Positions 8,490-15,333 of a stretch of 20,720 bases of DNA are shown here, piece by piece. The position numbers were made by a program, and so were the translations under genes. The notes beneath the pieces were generated by a model, which was given only the letters and a program-made list of their open reading frames with translations, searched no databases and was not told the origin of the DNA. Positions within the stretch are counted from its first letter, which is position 1, and each line of letters opens with the position of its first letter. Location of the stretch: the IMG/VR virus record IMGVR_UViG_3300006358_000001, one strand, 5' to 3'. Origin of the DNA: an uncultured virus (IMG/VR IMGVR_UViG_3300006358_000001). Lineage: Duplodnaviria > Heunggongvirae > Uroviricota > Caudoviricetes.

Positions 8490-8518
8490 CTTGTAGACTA
8501 GGCCCTGAAGGCCTATAT
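8490..8518 (+). promoter_or_regulatory. Early rightward sigma70-type promoter CTTGTA-N17-CTATAT with overlapping inverted repeat TAGGCC-N5-GGCCTA
   Basis: Close match to the rhizobial RpoD consensus CTTGAC-N17-CTATAT; heads the plus-strand arm; palindrome at 8499-8515. Confidence 0.7.
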
Positions 8519-8524
8519 CTGGGT

Positions 8525-8912
8525 CTCGGCCCGGTCATCTACCGGGTCGGTGGCGGCAGGCCTCGCACCCTGATCGCCCGCACGGGACCCGGATCAATCC
8601 CGACAGGCAACGTCCTGCAAGAAAGTCCGGTCGCTCTTGAGAGGGCGTGGGCACGGAATGAGCAGGACATCTTCCTCCCCCCACGCTGGCTTGAGACGGT
8701 GATTTCGCGGGACGCCTCATTGGCCAGCCACGCGGCGGAAACGGTCCAGACTGCGGGCCATCGTGACCTGAATAGACAGGCAGCAAACACAACAAAGACC
8801 ACTCGCTTACGAGCGAGTGCATCTGAGCACGGCGAAGACGTAACCGGGACAACGCAGTTTGCAATGTCAGCCCGCATCGTTCGCGCCGTGTCGAGATGCA
8901 CTTCCGCATCGC
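8525..8912 (+). ncRNA. Candidate ~390-nt structured leader RNA or ncRNA
   Basis: No credible CDS between the promoter and the first RBS; successive stems 8526-8550, 8612-8668, 8685-8728, 8767-8780, 8800-8819 (UACG loop) and 8817-8901. Confidence 0.5.
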
Positions 8913-8933
8913 GCCATCAACGGAGCAACCTAC

Positions 8934-9158
8934 ATGGCACGCAAATATTTCACCCTCATCGAACGCGACCCGATCTCGAAGACATGGTCGCCGCAGTTCG
9001 GCGACTACGACCGCAACGTCGTCGTCGAGGAAGGCCAGAGCATGCACGACCAGATCGGCTTCACGATCTCGAAGGGCACCAAGTTCAAGATCATCTCCAC
9101 CACCGGCAAGCAGGCGGACATCAATGCCGCCGTCGCTGCCATCAACTCCCGCATCTGA
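8934..9158 (+). CDS. Hypothetical early protein (74 aa, MARKYFTLIE...)
   Basis: 3' part of ORF 8859..9158; GGAGCAACC before ATG 8934. Confidence 0.8.
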   Translation: MARKYFTLIERDPISKTWSPQFGDYDRNVVVEEGQSMHDQIGFTISKGTKFKIISTTGKQADINAAVAAINSRI

Positions 9159-9169
9159 AAGGAAACCCC

Positions 9170-9937
9170 ATGCGTACCATCTCGAACCTCATCAACAGCA
9201 AAGCGCTCTTCGTCATCAACCACTCTGGCGGCAAGGACAGCCAAGCCATGATGATCAAGATGCTTGAGATCATCCCGGCCAGCCAGATGCTGGTCGTCCA
9301 CGCCTCACTCGGCGACGTCGAGTGGAAGGGCGCACTTGAGCTTGCTGAGAAGCAGGCTCGCGACGCTGGCGTCGAGTTCATCGTCGCTCGCGCAGAGAAG
9401 AGCTTCCTCGACATGGTCGAGAAGCGCTTCGCGGATCGGCCCGGCGTGCCCTCGTGGCCGTCGGCGAAGTATCGTCAGTGCACCAGCGACCTGAAGCGCA
9501 ACCCGATTGAGCGCGACATCCGCCGCTACATGAAAGCACGCGGCCTCACGCTGGTCGTGTCGTGCACCGGCATCCGCGCAGCGGAGAGCAACAGCCGCTC
9601 GAAGCTGAACCCGTTCAAGCTCAGCGAGAAGAACTCGAAGGCCGGTCGCGAATGGTACGAGTGGTGCCCGATCTTCAACCTCTCCACCGCTGAAGTGTTC
9701 GCGACCATCAAGGCTGCGGGTCAGCAGCCCCACGAGGCATACGCTCTGGGTAACGAGCGCCTGTCTTGCGTGTTCTGCATCATGGGCAGCAAGGGCGACC
9801 TTGCTCTCGGTGCGAAGCACAACCCTGAACTCTTCGCTCGCTACGTCGAACTCGAAGAGCGCACTGGCTACACGATGCACATGAGCCAGCGCAGCCTGAC
9901 CGATCTGGTCAATGACGCGCAGCAGTTCGCTGCTTAA
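9170..9937 (+). CDS. Phosphoadenosine phosphosulfate (PAPS) reductase family protein
   Basis: PP-loop SGGKDS, RQCTSDLKRNPI, GIRAAESxxR, PIFNLSTAEVF, RLSCVFC; ATG 9170 after AAGGAAACCCC. Confidence 0.88.
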   Translation: MRTISNLINSKALFVINHSGGKDSQAMMIKMLEIIPASQMLVVHASLGDVEWKGALELAEKQARDAGVEFIVARAEKSFLDMVEKRFADRPGVPSWPSAKYRQCTSDLKRNPIERDIRRYMKARGLTLVVSCTGIRAAESNSRSKLNPFKLSEKNSKAGREWYEWCPIFNLSTAEVFATIKAAGQQPHEAYALGNERLSCVFCIMGSKGDLALGAKHNPELFARYVELEERTGYTMHMSQRSLTDLVNDAQQFAA

Positions 9938-9962
9938 TCCCACGCTCGAAAGGAGCAACCCA

Positions 9963-10322
9963 ATGTCATCCATCACCGACAAGATCAACTCCGCCACGCT
10001 CGATCACGCCATCGCATGGGACGCGGAGATCGACCGCTTCGTCTTCTGCATCGACTTCCTTGAGATCAGCGCCAGCCACTCGCGTGCTGATCACTGGGTC
10101 GATCAACTCGAACTGGTGTTCGAGGGCCTGATCGAACAGCGCGATGCGATCCGCGCACAGCGCAACGCGATCACCAAAGCGGCCAGCTTCGACGCTGACC
10201 GCAGCGTGCTCACCGTGTGGCTCTCGCCGAACATGTTCGGTGAGCGTCCCTGCCGCTCGATGGCAGAGGCTCGCCGCATCGTCGCCTTCACCGGCATCAA
10301 GCAAGCCATCGTCAGGGAGTAA
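9963..10322 (+). CDS. Hypothetical protein (119 aa)
   Basis: GGAGCAACC before ATG 9963, in frame with ORF 9912..10322. Confidence 0.8.
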   Translation: MSSITDKINSATLDHAIAWDAEIDRFVFCIDFLEISASHSRADHWVDQLELVFEGLIEQRDAIRAQRNAITKAASFDADRSVLTVWLSPNMFGERPCRSMAEARRIVAFTGIKQAIVRE

Positions 10323-10325
10323 CCC

Positions 10326-10499
10326 ATGAGCCGCATGACCCACCGCTGCGAGCGCTGCCCGCGCGTCACCGACCTGTATCACTGCCGGTCGGTCGATGAG
10401 TATCTCTGCGAGGACTGCATCGACCTGCTGGCCGATGAAGAGAACGACGAACCGCTCGACCCTCCCGGCTGGGAGGGCGGGTTCGCCGCCAATCACTAA
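10326..10499 (+). CDS. Small Cys-rich (zinc-finger-like) protein, 57 aa
   Basis: Translated by hand: MSRMTHRCERCPRVTDLYHCRSVDEYLCEDCIDLLADEENDEPLDPPGWEGGFAANH; GGAGTAACC RBS; below the ORF track cutoff. Confidence 0.75.
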   Translation: MSRMTHRCERCPRVTDLYHCRSVDEYLCEDCIDLLADEENDEPLDPPGWEGGFAANH

Positions 10500-10565
10500 G
10501 CGACTTCTTCGACACTGCGCATCTCGGTGCGCAGCACGAAGCATTCCGCTTCAGGAGCAACCACC

Positions 10566-12164
10566 ATGACTGAACTTCCCATCTCTGAACTGAAGACGCG
10601 TGGCCAGATCGTTGCCGACGATGTGTCGGCTCTTCTCCGCGCTCGAAACCCGCTGATCTGGATCGTCTCTCGCGAAGAAGCTCGCGTCGAGGCGCTCTTG
10701 ATCGAAGCCGCTGCCGCCGCTGCCTACGTGCCTCGCATGTGGGACGCTGCGCAGGGCATCACCGACATCTCCGGCAAGCAGATCGCGGAGATGCGCGACC
10801 AAGTGGACGTCGCTGCAGCGCTCACCATGATCGGTGCTCGTGCGCAGGGTCGCGAACGCGGCGCGTGGATCATGCGCGATCTGCCGGTGTGGCTCGATGG
10901 TGCCATCGGCATCGTCACGCTGCGCCAACTGCGCAACCTCGCTCGCTCGCTTCCGGGCGCTCCACGTGAGAGTGCGCAGGCGATCATCGTGATCTCTCCG
11001 AAGGCTGAGGTGCCGCCGGAGCTTGCCGGTCATGCCACGGTCATCGATTGGCCGATGCCTGATCGTGCGGAGATCGCGGCGATCCTCGACGCTGCCATCG
11101 AAGGCCTGCCCGACGACCTGCGCGACAGCGCAGCGCCGAACGGCCAGCGAGAGGCGGCGATTGATGCCGCTGTCGGTCTCTCCGGTGAAGAGGCGCAGGC
11201 TTGCTACGCTCGCTCGCTGGTGCAGCTTCGCAAGATCGACCCGGTGCTGGTCGCATCGGAGAAGAAGCGCGTCGTGTCTCGCGAGCGCGTCGTCGAATGG
11301 ATCGAGCCGATGAAAGGCGGACTCGATGCGGTCGGCGGTCTTGAGAACCTGAAGGGCTGGCTGCAGGTGCGCAAGTCGGCCTACAGCCCGGCGGCGCGTG
11401 CATACGGTCTGCCCGCACCGAAGGGCATCTTGCTGGTCGGCATTCCCGGCACCGGCAAGTCGCTCACCGCGAAGGCGGTCTCCACGGCGTGGCAGTGCCC
11501 GCTGCTGAAGGTCGATCTCGGTGCACTGAAGTCGAAGTTCGTCGGCGACAGTGAAGCGAACCTGCGGCGGCTCTTCAAATTGATCGAGGCGATTGGACGA
11601 TGCGTCGTCTGGTTCGACGAGATCGAGAAGGCGCTGCAGGGCGCGACGTCAGGCTCTGCTGACGGCGGCGTCTCCAGCGATGCGCTGGGTGCGGTGCTGA
11701 ACTGGATGCAGGAGCGGCAGGGTGAAGCGTTCGTCATCGCGACGGCGAACGATGCATCTGCGCTGCCGCCTGAGTTGCTGCGCAAGGGCCGGTTCGACGA
11801 ACTGTGGTTCGTTGATCTGCCGACCAAGGCGGAGCGTGAGGCGGTGCTGTCCGCAGCGCTGCGCCAGTACAATCGCGGCGACGTTGCCGTGAACGCTGCC
11901 AAGGTGGCGAAGGCCACTGAAGGCTTCACTGGCTCCGAGATCGCGGCCCTCGTCCCTGATGCGCTGTTCACGGCGTTCAATGACGGTGCTCGCGAGATCG
12001 TCACCGAAGACCTCTGCGCTGCTGCCGGATCGGTGGTGCCGCTGAGCGTGACAGCGCCTGAGAAGATCAAGGCGCTGCGTGAATGGGGCGCTGGCCGGGC
12101 ACGTCCCGCGTCTGCACCCGAAGTCGCTGCGAAGGCTGGCAAGGTGCGAGCCCTCGATCTCTAA
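10566..12164 (+). CDS. AAA+ ATPase, Ycf46-like (degenerate N-terminal domain plus one intact AAA domain)
   Basis: Walker A GIPGTGKS, Walker B VVWFDEIEK, sensor ATAN, SRH LPPELLRKGRFDE; GGAGCAACC before ATG 10566. Confidence 0.9.
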   Translation: MTELPISELKTRGQIVADDVSALLRARNPLIWIVSREEARVEALLIEAAAAAAYVPRMWDAAQGITDISGKQIAEMRDQVDVAAALTMIGARAQGRERGAWIMRDLPVWLDGAIGIVTLRQLRNLARSLPGAPRESAQAIIVISPKAEVPPELAGHATVIDWPMPDRAEIAAILDAAIEGLPDDLRDSAAPNGQREAAIDAAVGLSGEEAQACYARSLVQLRKIDPVLVASEKKRVVSRERVVEWIEPMKGGLDAVGGLENLKGWLQVRKSAYSPAARAYGLPAPKGILLVGIPGTGKSLTAKAVSTAWQCPLLKVDLGALKSKFVGDSEANLRRLFKLIEAIGRCVVWFDEIEKALQGATSGSADGGVSSDALGAVLNWMQERQGEAFVIATANDASALPPELLRKGRFDELWFVDLPTKAEREAVLSAALRQYNRGDVAVNAAKVAKATEGFTGSEIAALVPDALFTAFNDGAREIVTEDLCAAAGSVVPLSVTAPEKIKALREWGAGRARPASAPEVAAKAGKVRALDL

Positions 12165-12171
12165 GCCTACC

Positions 12172-12208
12172 GGCGGCGCTGCAATCCTGCGGCGTCGCCA
12201 TTTCATTT
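12172..12208 (+). terminator. GC-rich hairpin followed by an interrupted U-tract (terminator or attenuator candidate)
   Basis: GGCGGCGCTGCA-ATCC-TGCGGCGTCGCC then ATTTCATTT, just after the ATPase stop. Confidence 0.5.
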
Positions 12209-12232
12209 CCCAACGCTCAAAGGAGCAACCCC

Positions 12233-13042
12233 ATGTCTGCACTCAATGCTGTTCGTCCCGCCGCTTCCATCCAGACGCTGCGTCCCGGTCTCCTCGTGTC
12301 GCTGAAGACCAGCGTCAGCGGGAATGCCAAGTACATCCCGCACGAGCGCACGGTCACCATCGACGACGAAGGTCGCGAGATCACGGAGATCGAGACCACG
12401 CGCGTGATCGCCGATCCGGAAGAGTTCAAGAAGGCTGGCGAGGCACGTGGCCGCGCACGGTCGATCATCAACTCGGTCTGCGTCGGATCGAACTTCGGGC
12501 TGCTGTGCCCGGAGGGCGACAAGGCGAAGCTCGATGCTGCACTCGCCGACGCTCGCAAGGTCGTCGATGAGTTCAACGCATCGGCAACGGTGACGCACGT
12601 CAGCGTCTACGCGATGATCGGTCGCGTCGCATCCGACGACGTCGAAGCGGTGCGCTCGATCAACAGCGAGGTGAGCGACCTGCTTCAGCAGATGGAGCAA
12701 GGCCTGCGCAATCTCGACGTCAAGGCGATCCGCAAGGCGGCGAACGATGCGAAGGAGATCGGCCAGATGCTTTCGCCCGACGCTGCAGAGCGCGTTGCGA
12801 AGGCGGTCGAAGCGGTGCGCTCTTCCGCACGGCAGATCGTCAAGGCTGGCGAGACCGCTGCGGTCGAGATCGATCTCAACGCACTGCGCACGGTGACCAA
12901 CGCACGCACGGCGTTCCTCGACATCGACGATGCGAAGCCGGTCGCTGCGCCGAAGGCCAAGGCCAACGCGCTCGATCTCGCGCCGGTCGCTGCACCGAAG
13001 AAGAAGGCTGCGAAGGCGAAGGTCCCGCAGCTTGAACTGTGA
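12233..13042 (+). CDS. Hypothetical protein (269 aa), helical, next to the AAA ATPase
   Basis: GGAGCAACC before ATG 12233; Lys/Ala/Pro-rich tail. Confidence 0.85.
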   Translation: MSALNAVRPAASIQTLRPGLLVSLKTSVSGNAKYIPHERTVTIDDEGREITEIETTRVIADPEEFKKAGEARGRARSIINSVCVGSNFGLLCPEGDKAKLDAALADARKVVDEFNASATVTHVSVYAMIGRVASDDVEAVRSINSEVSDLLQQMEQGLRNLDVKAIRKAANDAKEIGQMLSPDAAERVAKAVEAVRSSARQIVKAGETAAVEIDLNALRTVTNARTAFLDIDDAKPVAAPKAKANALDLAPVAAPKKKAAKAKVPQLEL

Positions 13043-13050
13043 TCGACACT

Positions 13051-13076
13051 GCCGGGCGGCAATCACGCCGCCCGGT
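13051..13076 (+). other. Intergenic hairpin
   Basis: GCCGGGCGGC-AATCAC-GCCGCCCGGT; no U-tract. Confidence 0.45.
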
Positions 13077-13102
13077 CCTCATCTCAACTGGAGAATCTTA
13101 AC

Positions 13103-13450
13103 ATGGCTTGCGACACCCAACCGATGAAGAACCAAACCCTGAGCCAGCGCAAACAGCAGGTGAAGGAGATCATCGCGTTCACCGACGAACTGATCCGCAA
13201 GGGCAAGGTCAAGGTGATCGTCGATAAGCGCACCGGAGCGATTGCCTTCGACGGCATGACATCGTCGGAGCGCGGCAACGTCAGCGACGCGTGCACCTAT
13301 CGCGTCATCATGGCGACCGGCTCACCGATGGCGAAGATGGCCATCGCTCGCGCTGAGCAACTGGCCGGGCGCGGCGTCAGCCGACAGGCGCTGGCGAACG
13401 GGACCCACTCGCACGACGGAGGTGCCACGTGGTCCTCGCACAAGCACTGA
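13103..13450 (+). CDS. Hypothetical protein (115 aa) with His-containing C-terminus
   Basis: ORF track; GGAG RBS; ends THSHDGGATWSSHKH. Confidence 0.8.
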   Translation: MACDTQPMKNQTLSQRKQQVKEIIAFTDELIRKGKVKVIVDKRTGAIAFDGMTSSERGNVSDACTYRVIMATGSPMAKMAIARAEQLAGRGVSRQALANGTHSHDGGATWSSHKH

Positions 13451-13581
13451 TCTGGCTGGCCATCGTGCTGGCTGGCGTGTCCGTCGCATGGTTCTTCCTC
13501 AGAGCCATGTGGCGGTTCGGTCCCTTCACCTTCCTCGCACTGATCGCTTTGATCACCGTCATCTCTGGAGTTCAATCATGA
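13429..13581 (+). CDS. Small two-TM membrane protein (50 aa)
   Basis: Translated by hand from GTG 13429 (GGAGG 6 nt upstream): MVLAQALIWLAIVLAGVSVAWFFLRAMWRFGPFTFLALIALITVISGVQS; stop overlaps the next ATG. Confidence 0.65.
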   Translation: MVLAQALIWLAIVLAGVSVAWFFLRAMWRFGPFTFLALIALITVISGVQS

Positions 13582-13691
13582 AACGAATCATCGTCGCCGT
13601 CGCGCTGTTGCTGTCATCACTCACGGTGAGCAACGCGCATCCGAACCACTCGTGCCACTCACACGCAAACACCACGAGCCACTGCAAGTAA
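13578..13691 (+). CDS. Secreted His/Cys-rich micropeptide (37 aa)
   Basis: MKRIIVAVALLLSSLTVSNA then HPNHSCHSHANTTSHCK; GGAG RBS; signal-peptide pattern. Confidence 0.65.
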   Translation: MKRIIVAVALLLSSLTVSNAHPNHSCHSHANTTSHCK

Positions 13692-13831
13692 GTCCATCGA
13701 CGAATGCGCCGCTCCAACCTGAAGAGGGGAGCGGCGCATTACGATGCACTTCCCGCATCTCAGTACGTGATCGCGTACTGAACCTTTCATCACTGCTGTG
13801 GGCGCTGCCCACCAGATGAGGATATCTGAAC

Positions 13832-14221
13832 ATGACTGACACTACCACTACCACCACCGAGGCTGCCGTGGTCCGTCTTCCGGTCCCGGCTCGCCTCACC
13901 GCTCCCGGCGGATCACGCGCCATCATGACTGGCGTGCGGTCCTACTTCTACCCGCTGTGGAATAACAGCGAGACGTTTCGCGATTACCTGTCCTCCGTTT
14001 CCAATAAGGACTCGATCACGAAGAACCGGCTGTTCGACCGCTTGCGTGCTGTCGATATGCTGAAGGCCGCTGCCAAGCGGGCGAACGATGACTTCGTCTG
14101 CGGCATCGAGGAAGGCAAGGTCTACCAGTGCATCGTGCATATCCTGCGCGAGAACGACATGGGCCTGAAGCTGCGGCGTGCCGCCTATCTGGCGCTCACG
14201 CATCAGCAAGCTGCTGAGTAA
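13832..14221 (+). CDS. Hypothetical protein (129 aa)
   Basis: ORF track; GAGGA RBS. Confidence 0.75.
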   Translation: MTDTTTTTTEAAVVRLPVPARLTAPGGSRAIMTGVRSYFYPLWNNSETFRDYLSSVSNKDSITKNRLFDRLRAVDMLKAAAKRANDDFVCGIEEGKVYQCIVHILRENDMGLKLRRAAYLALTHQQAAE

Positions 14222-14231
14222 GTGAACTACC

Positions 14232-14268
14232 GGCTGGGGGGAAGTCCCAGCCACTTCCTTTTCAATTT
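14232..14268 (+). terminator. Hairpin plus pyrimidine tract (terminator or attenuator candidate)
   Basis: GGCTGGG-GGGAAGT-CCCAGCC then ACTTCCTTTTCAATTT. Confidence 0.45.
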
Positions 14269-14293
14269 CAATCTCCAATGAGGAGCAACCACC

Positions 14294-15124
14294 ATGACAA
14301 CATCGACTGAAAGAATCGTCCCGTTCCCGATCAAGACCAAGCTCGTGTGCTCTGGTTGCGGCGCGGCGGGTGAAGGCTCGTGCGGCTGCGGCGTTGCATA
14401 CGTCAAGGCTGGCGCGAAAGCTGAAGCTGCAGTGAAGGCCAACCCGGAGAAGTCGGATCGCGCCATCGCCGAAGAGATCGGAGTTCATAAGAACACCATC
14501 GCCCGCGCTCGCAAGGCAACTGGCCCACAAGGGCCAGTTGAGAAGCGCGTCGGCAAGGACGGCAAGGCACGCAAGGTGCCGGTGCAGTCCAAGCCAGCGC
14601 CCATCAAGGCCCCTGATCAGAAGGGTCGTCTCGCTGGCGTTGATATCAAGGGCGTCGATCCAATCGTCTGGAAAGAGTTCAACGATAAGGCGCGGCAGGA
14701 GAACAAGTCTGCCACCGCCAAGATCGCTGAGTTGATCACAGGCGCGATCAACGACACCTCTCCTCCTGTATTTGAGTTGCCCAAGTCGGCGCAGGAGAAG
14801 CTCGATGCGGCGCTGCGTCGTCAGCAGCGTGAGCTTGAGGCGAAGTTCGCGGATCGGATGCGCAACCTCGATGAGGAAGTTCGTCAGCGCGTTGTCGCTG
14901 GCAGCAAGGACCACATCGCCTCACTGAACGAGATGGAGAGGAAGGCTGAAGAGCAATTCTCCACCTACCGGCGGCTGAGCGGGCTCAAGGAATTCCCGCT
15001 GACCAAGGCAGAGTGGGACGTGCTCGTGCTGTGCGCCGGAGGCAATCCATCTCAGGCGAAGAAGGATGAGGCGTCTCGCCTCCTCATCGCGAAGAAGTAT
15101 CCGCTGACTGGAGAGAAGAAGTAG
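14294..15124 (+). CDS. Putative DNA-binding regulator: Cys-rich ribbon, HTH, ribbon-helix-helix-like segment and coiled coil
   Basis: CSGC...CGC; NPEKSDRAIAEEIGVHKNTIARAR (HTH); VDIKGVDPIVWKEFNDKARQENKSATAKIAELI (RHH-like); GGAGCAACC RBS. Confidence 0.75.
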   Translation: MTTSTERIVPFPIKTKLVCSGCGAAGEGSCGCGVAYVKAGAKAEAAVKANPEKSDRAIAEEIGVHKNTIARARKATGPQGPVEKRVGKDGKARKVPVQSKPAPIKAPDQKGRLAGVDIKGVDPIVWKEFNDKARQENKSATAKIAELITGAINDTSPPVFELPKSAQEKLDAALRRQQRELEAKFADRMRNLDEEVRQRVVAGSKDHIASLNEMERKAEEQFSTYRRLSGLKEFPLTKAEWDVLVLCAGGNPSQAKKDEASRLLIAKKYPLTGEKK

Positions 15125-15260
15125 GAGCCACGCCGGTTTGTCACCGGCTAGTCGGGTGGTCGCGCCATCGACGATGAAGCGAGATGACTCTCGCAAACAA
15201 CGCGGCTCGCTCTGCAGTGTGGATAGAGCCGGTGCCGGTGGGCACCGTAAGCGAGGCTCC
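15124..15260 (+). ncRNA. Candidate multi-branched structured RNA (~137 nt)
   Basis: Closing stem GGAGCC/GGCTCC enclosing five short hairpins in a ~210-nt intergenic gap. Confidence 0.4.
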
Positions 15261-15333
15261 CTGTAAGCCTGTGGGATTCATCATCCCCATCCTCGCACCC
15301 ACCACCCTTTCATCTCTCACCCGGAGCAACATC

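Noticed and set aside
8621..8630. GAAAGTCCGG resembles the RNase P RNA 5' conserved region
   Set aside because: No complementary P4 partner (ACAGAAnnCGGCTTA-like) or other conserved regions in the right order
8535..9169. ORF 8535..9047 (minus) and the 157-aa N-terminal extension of ORF 8699..9937
   Set aside because: No RBS; they overlap the 8934..9158 gene and the structured leader; PAPS-reductase motifs begin only after Met 9170
13838..13858. ACT/ACC trinucleotide run as a phase-variable repeat
   Set aside because: Short, imperfect and in frame (poly-Thr); ordinary low-complexity N-terminus
15124..15260. tRNA gene in the multi-hairpin gap
   Set aside because: No TTC-containing T-loop, D-loop GG context or CCA end; five arms and too long
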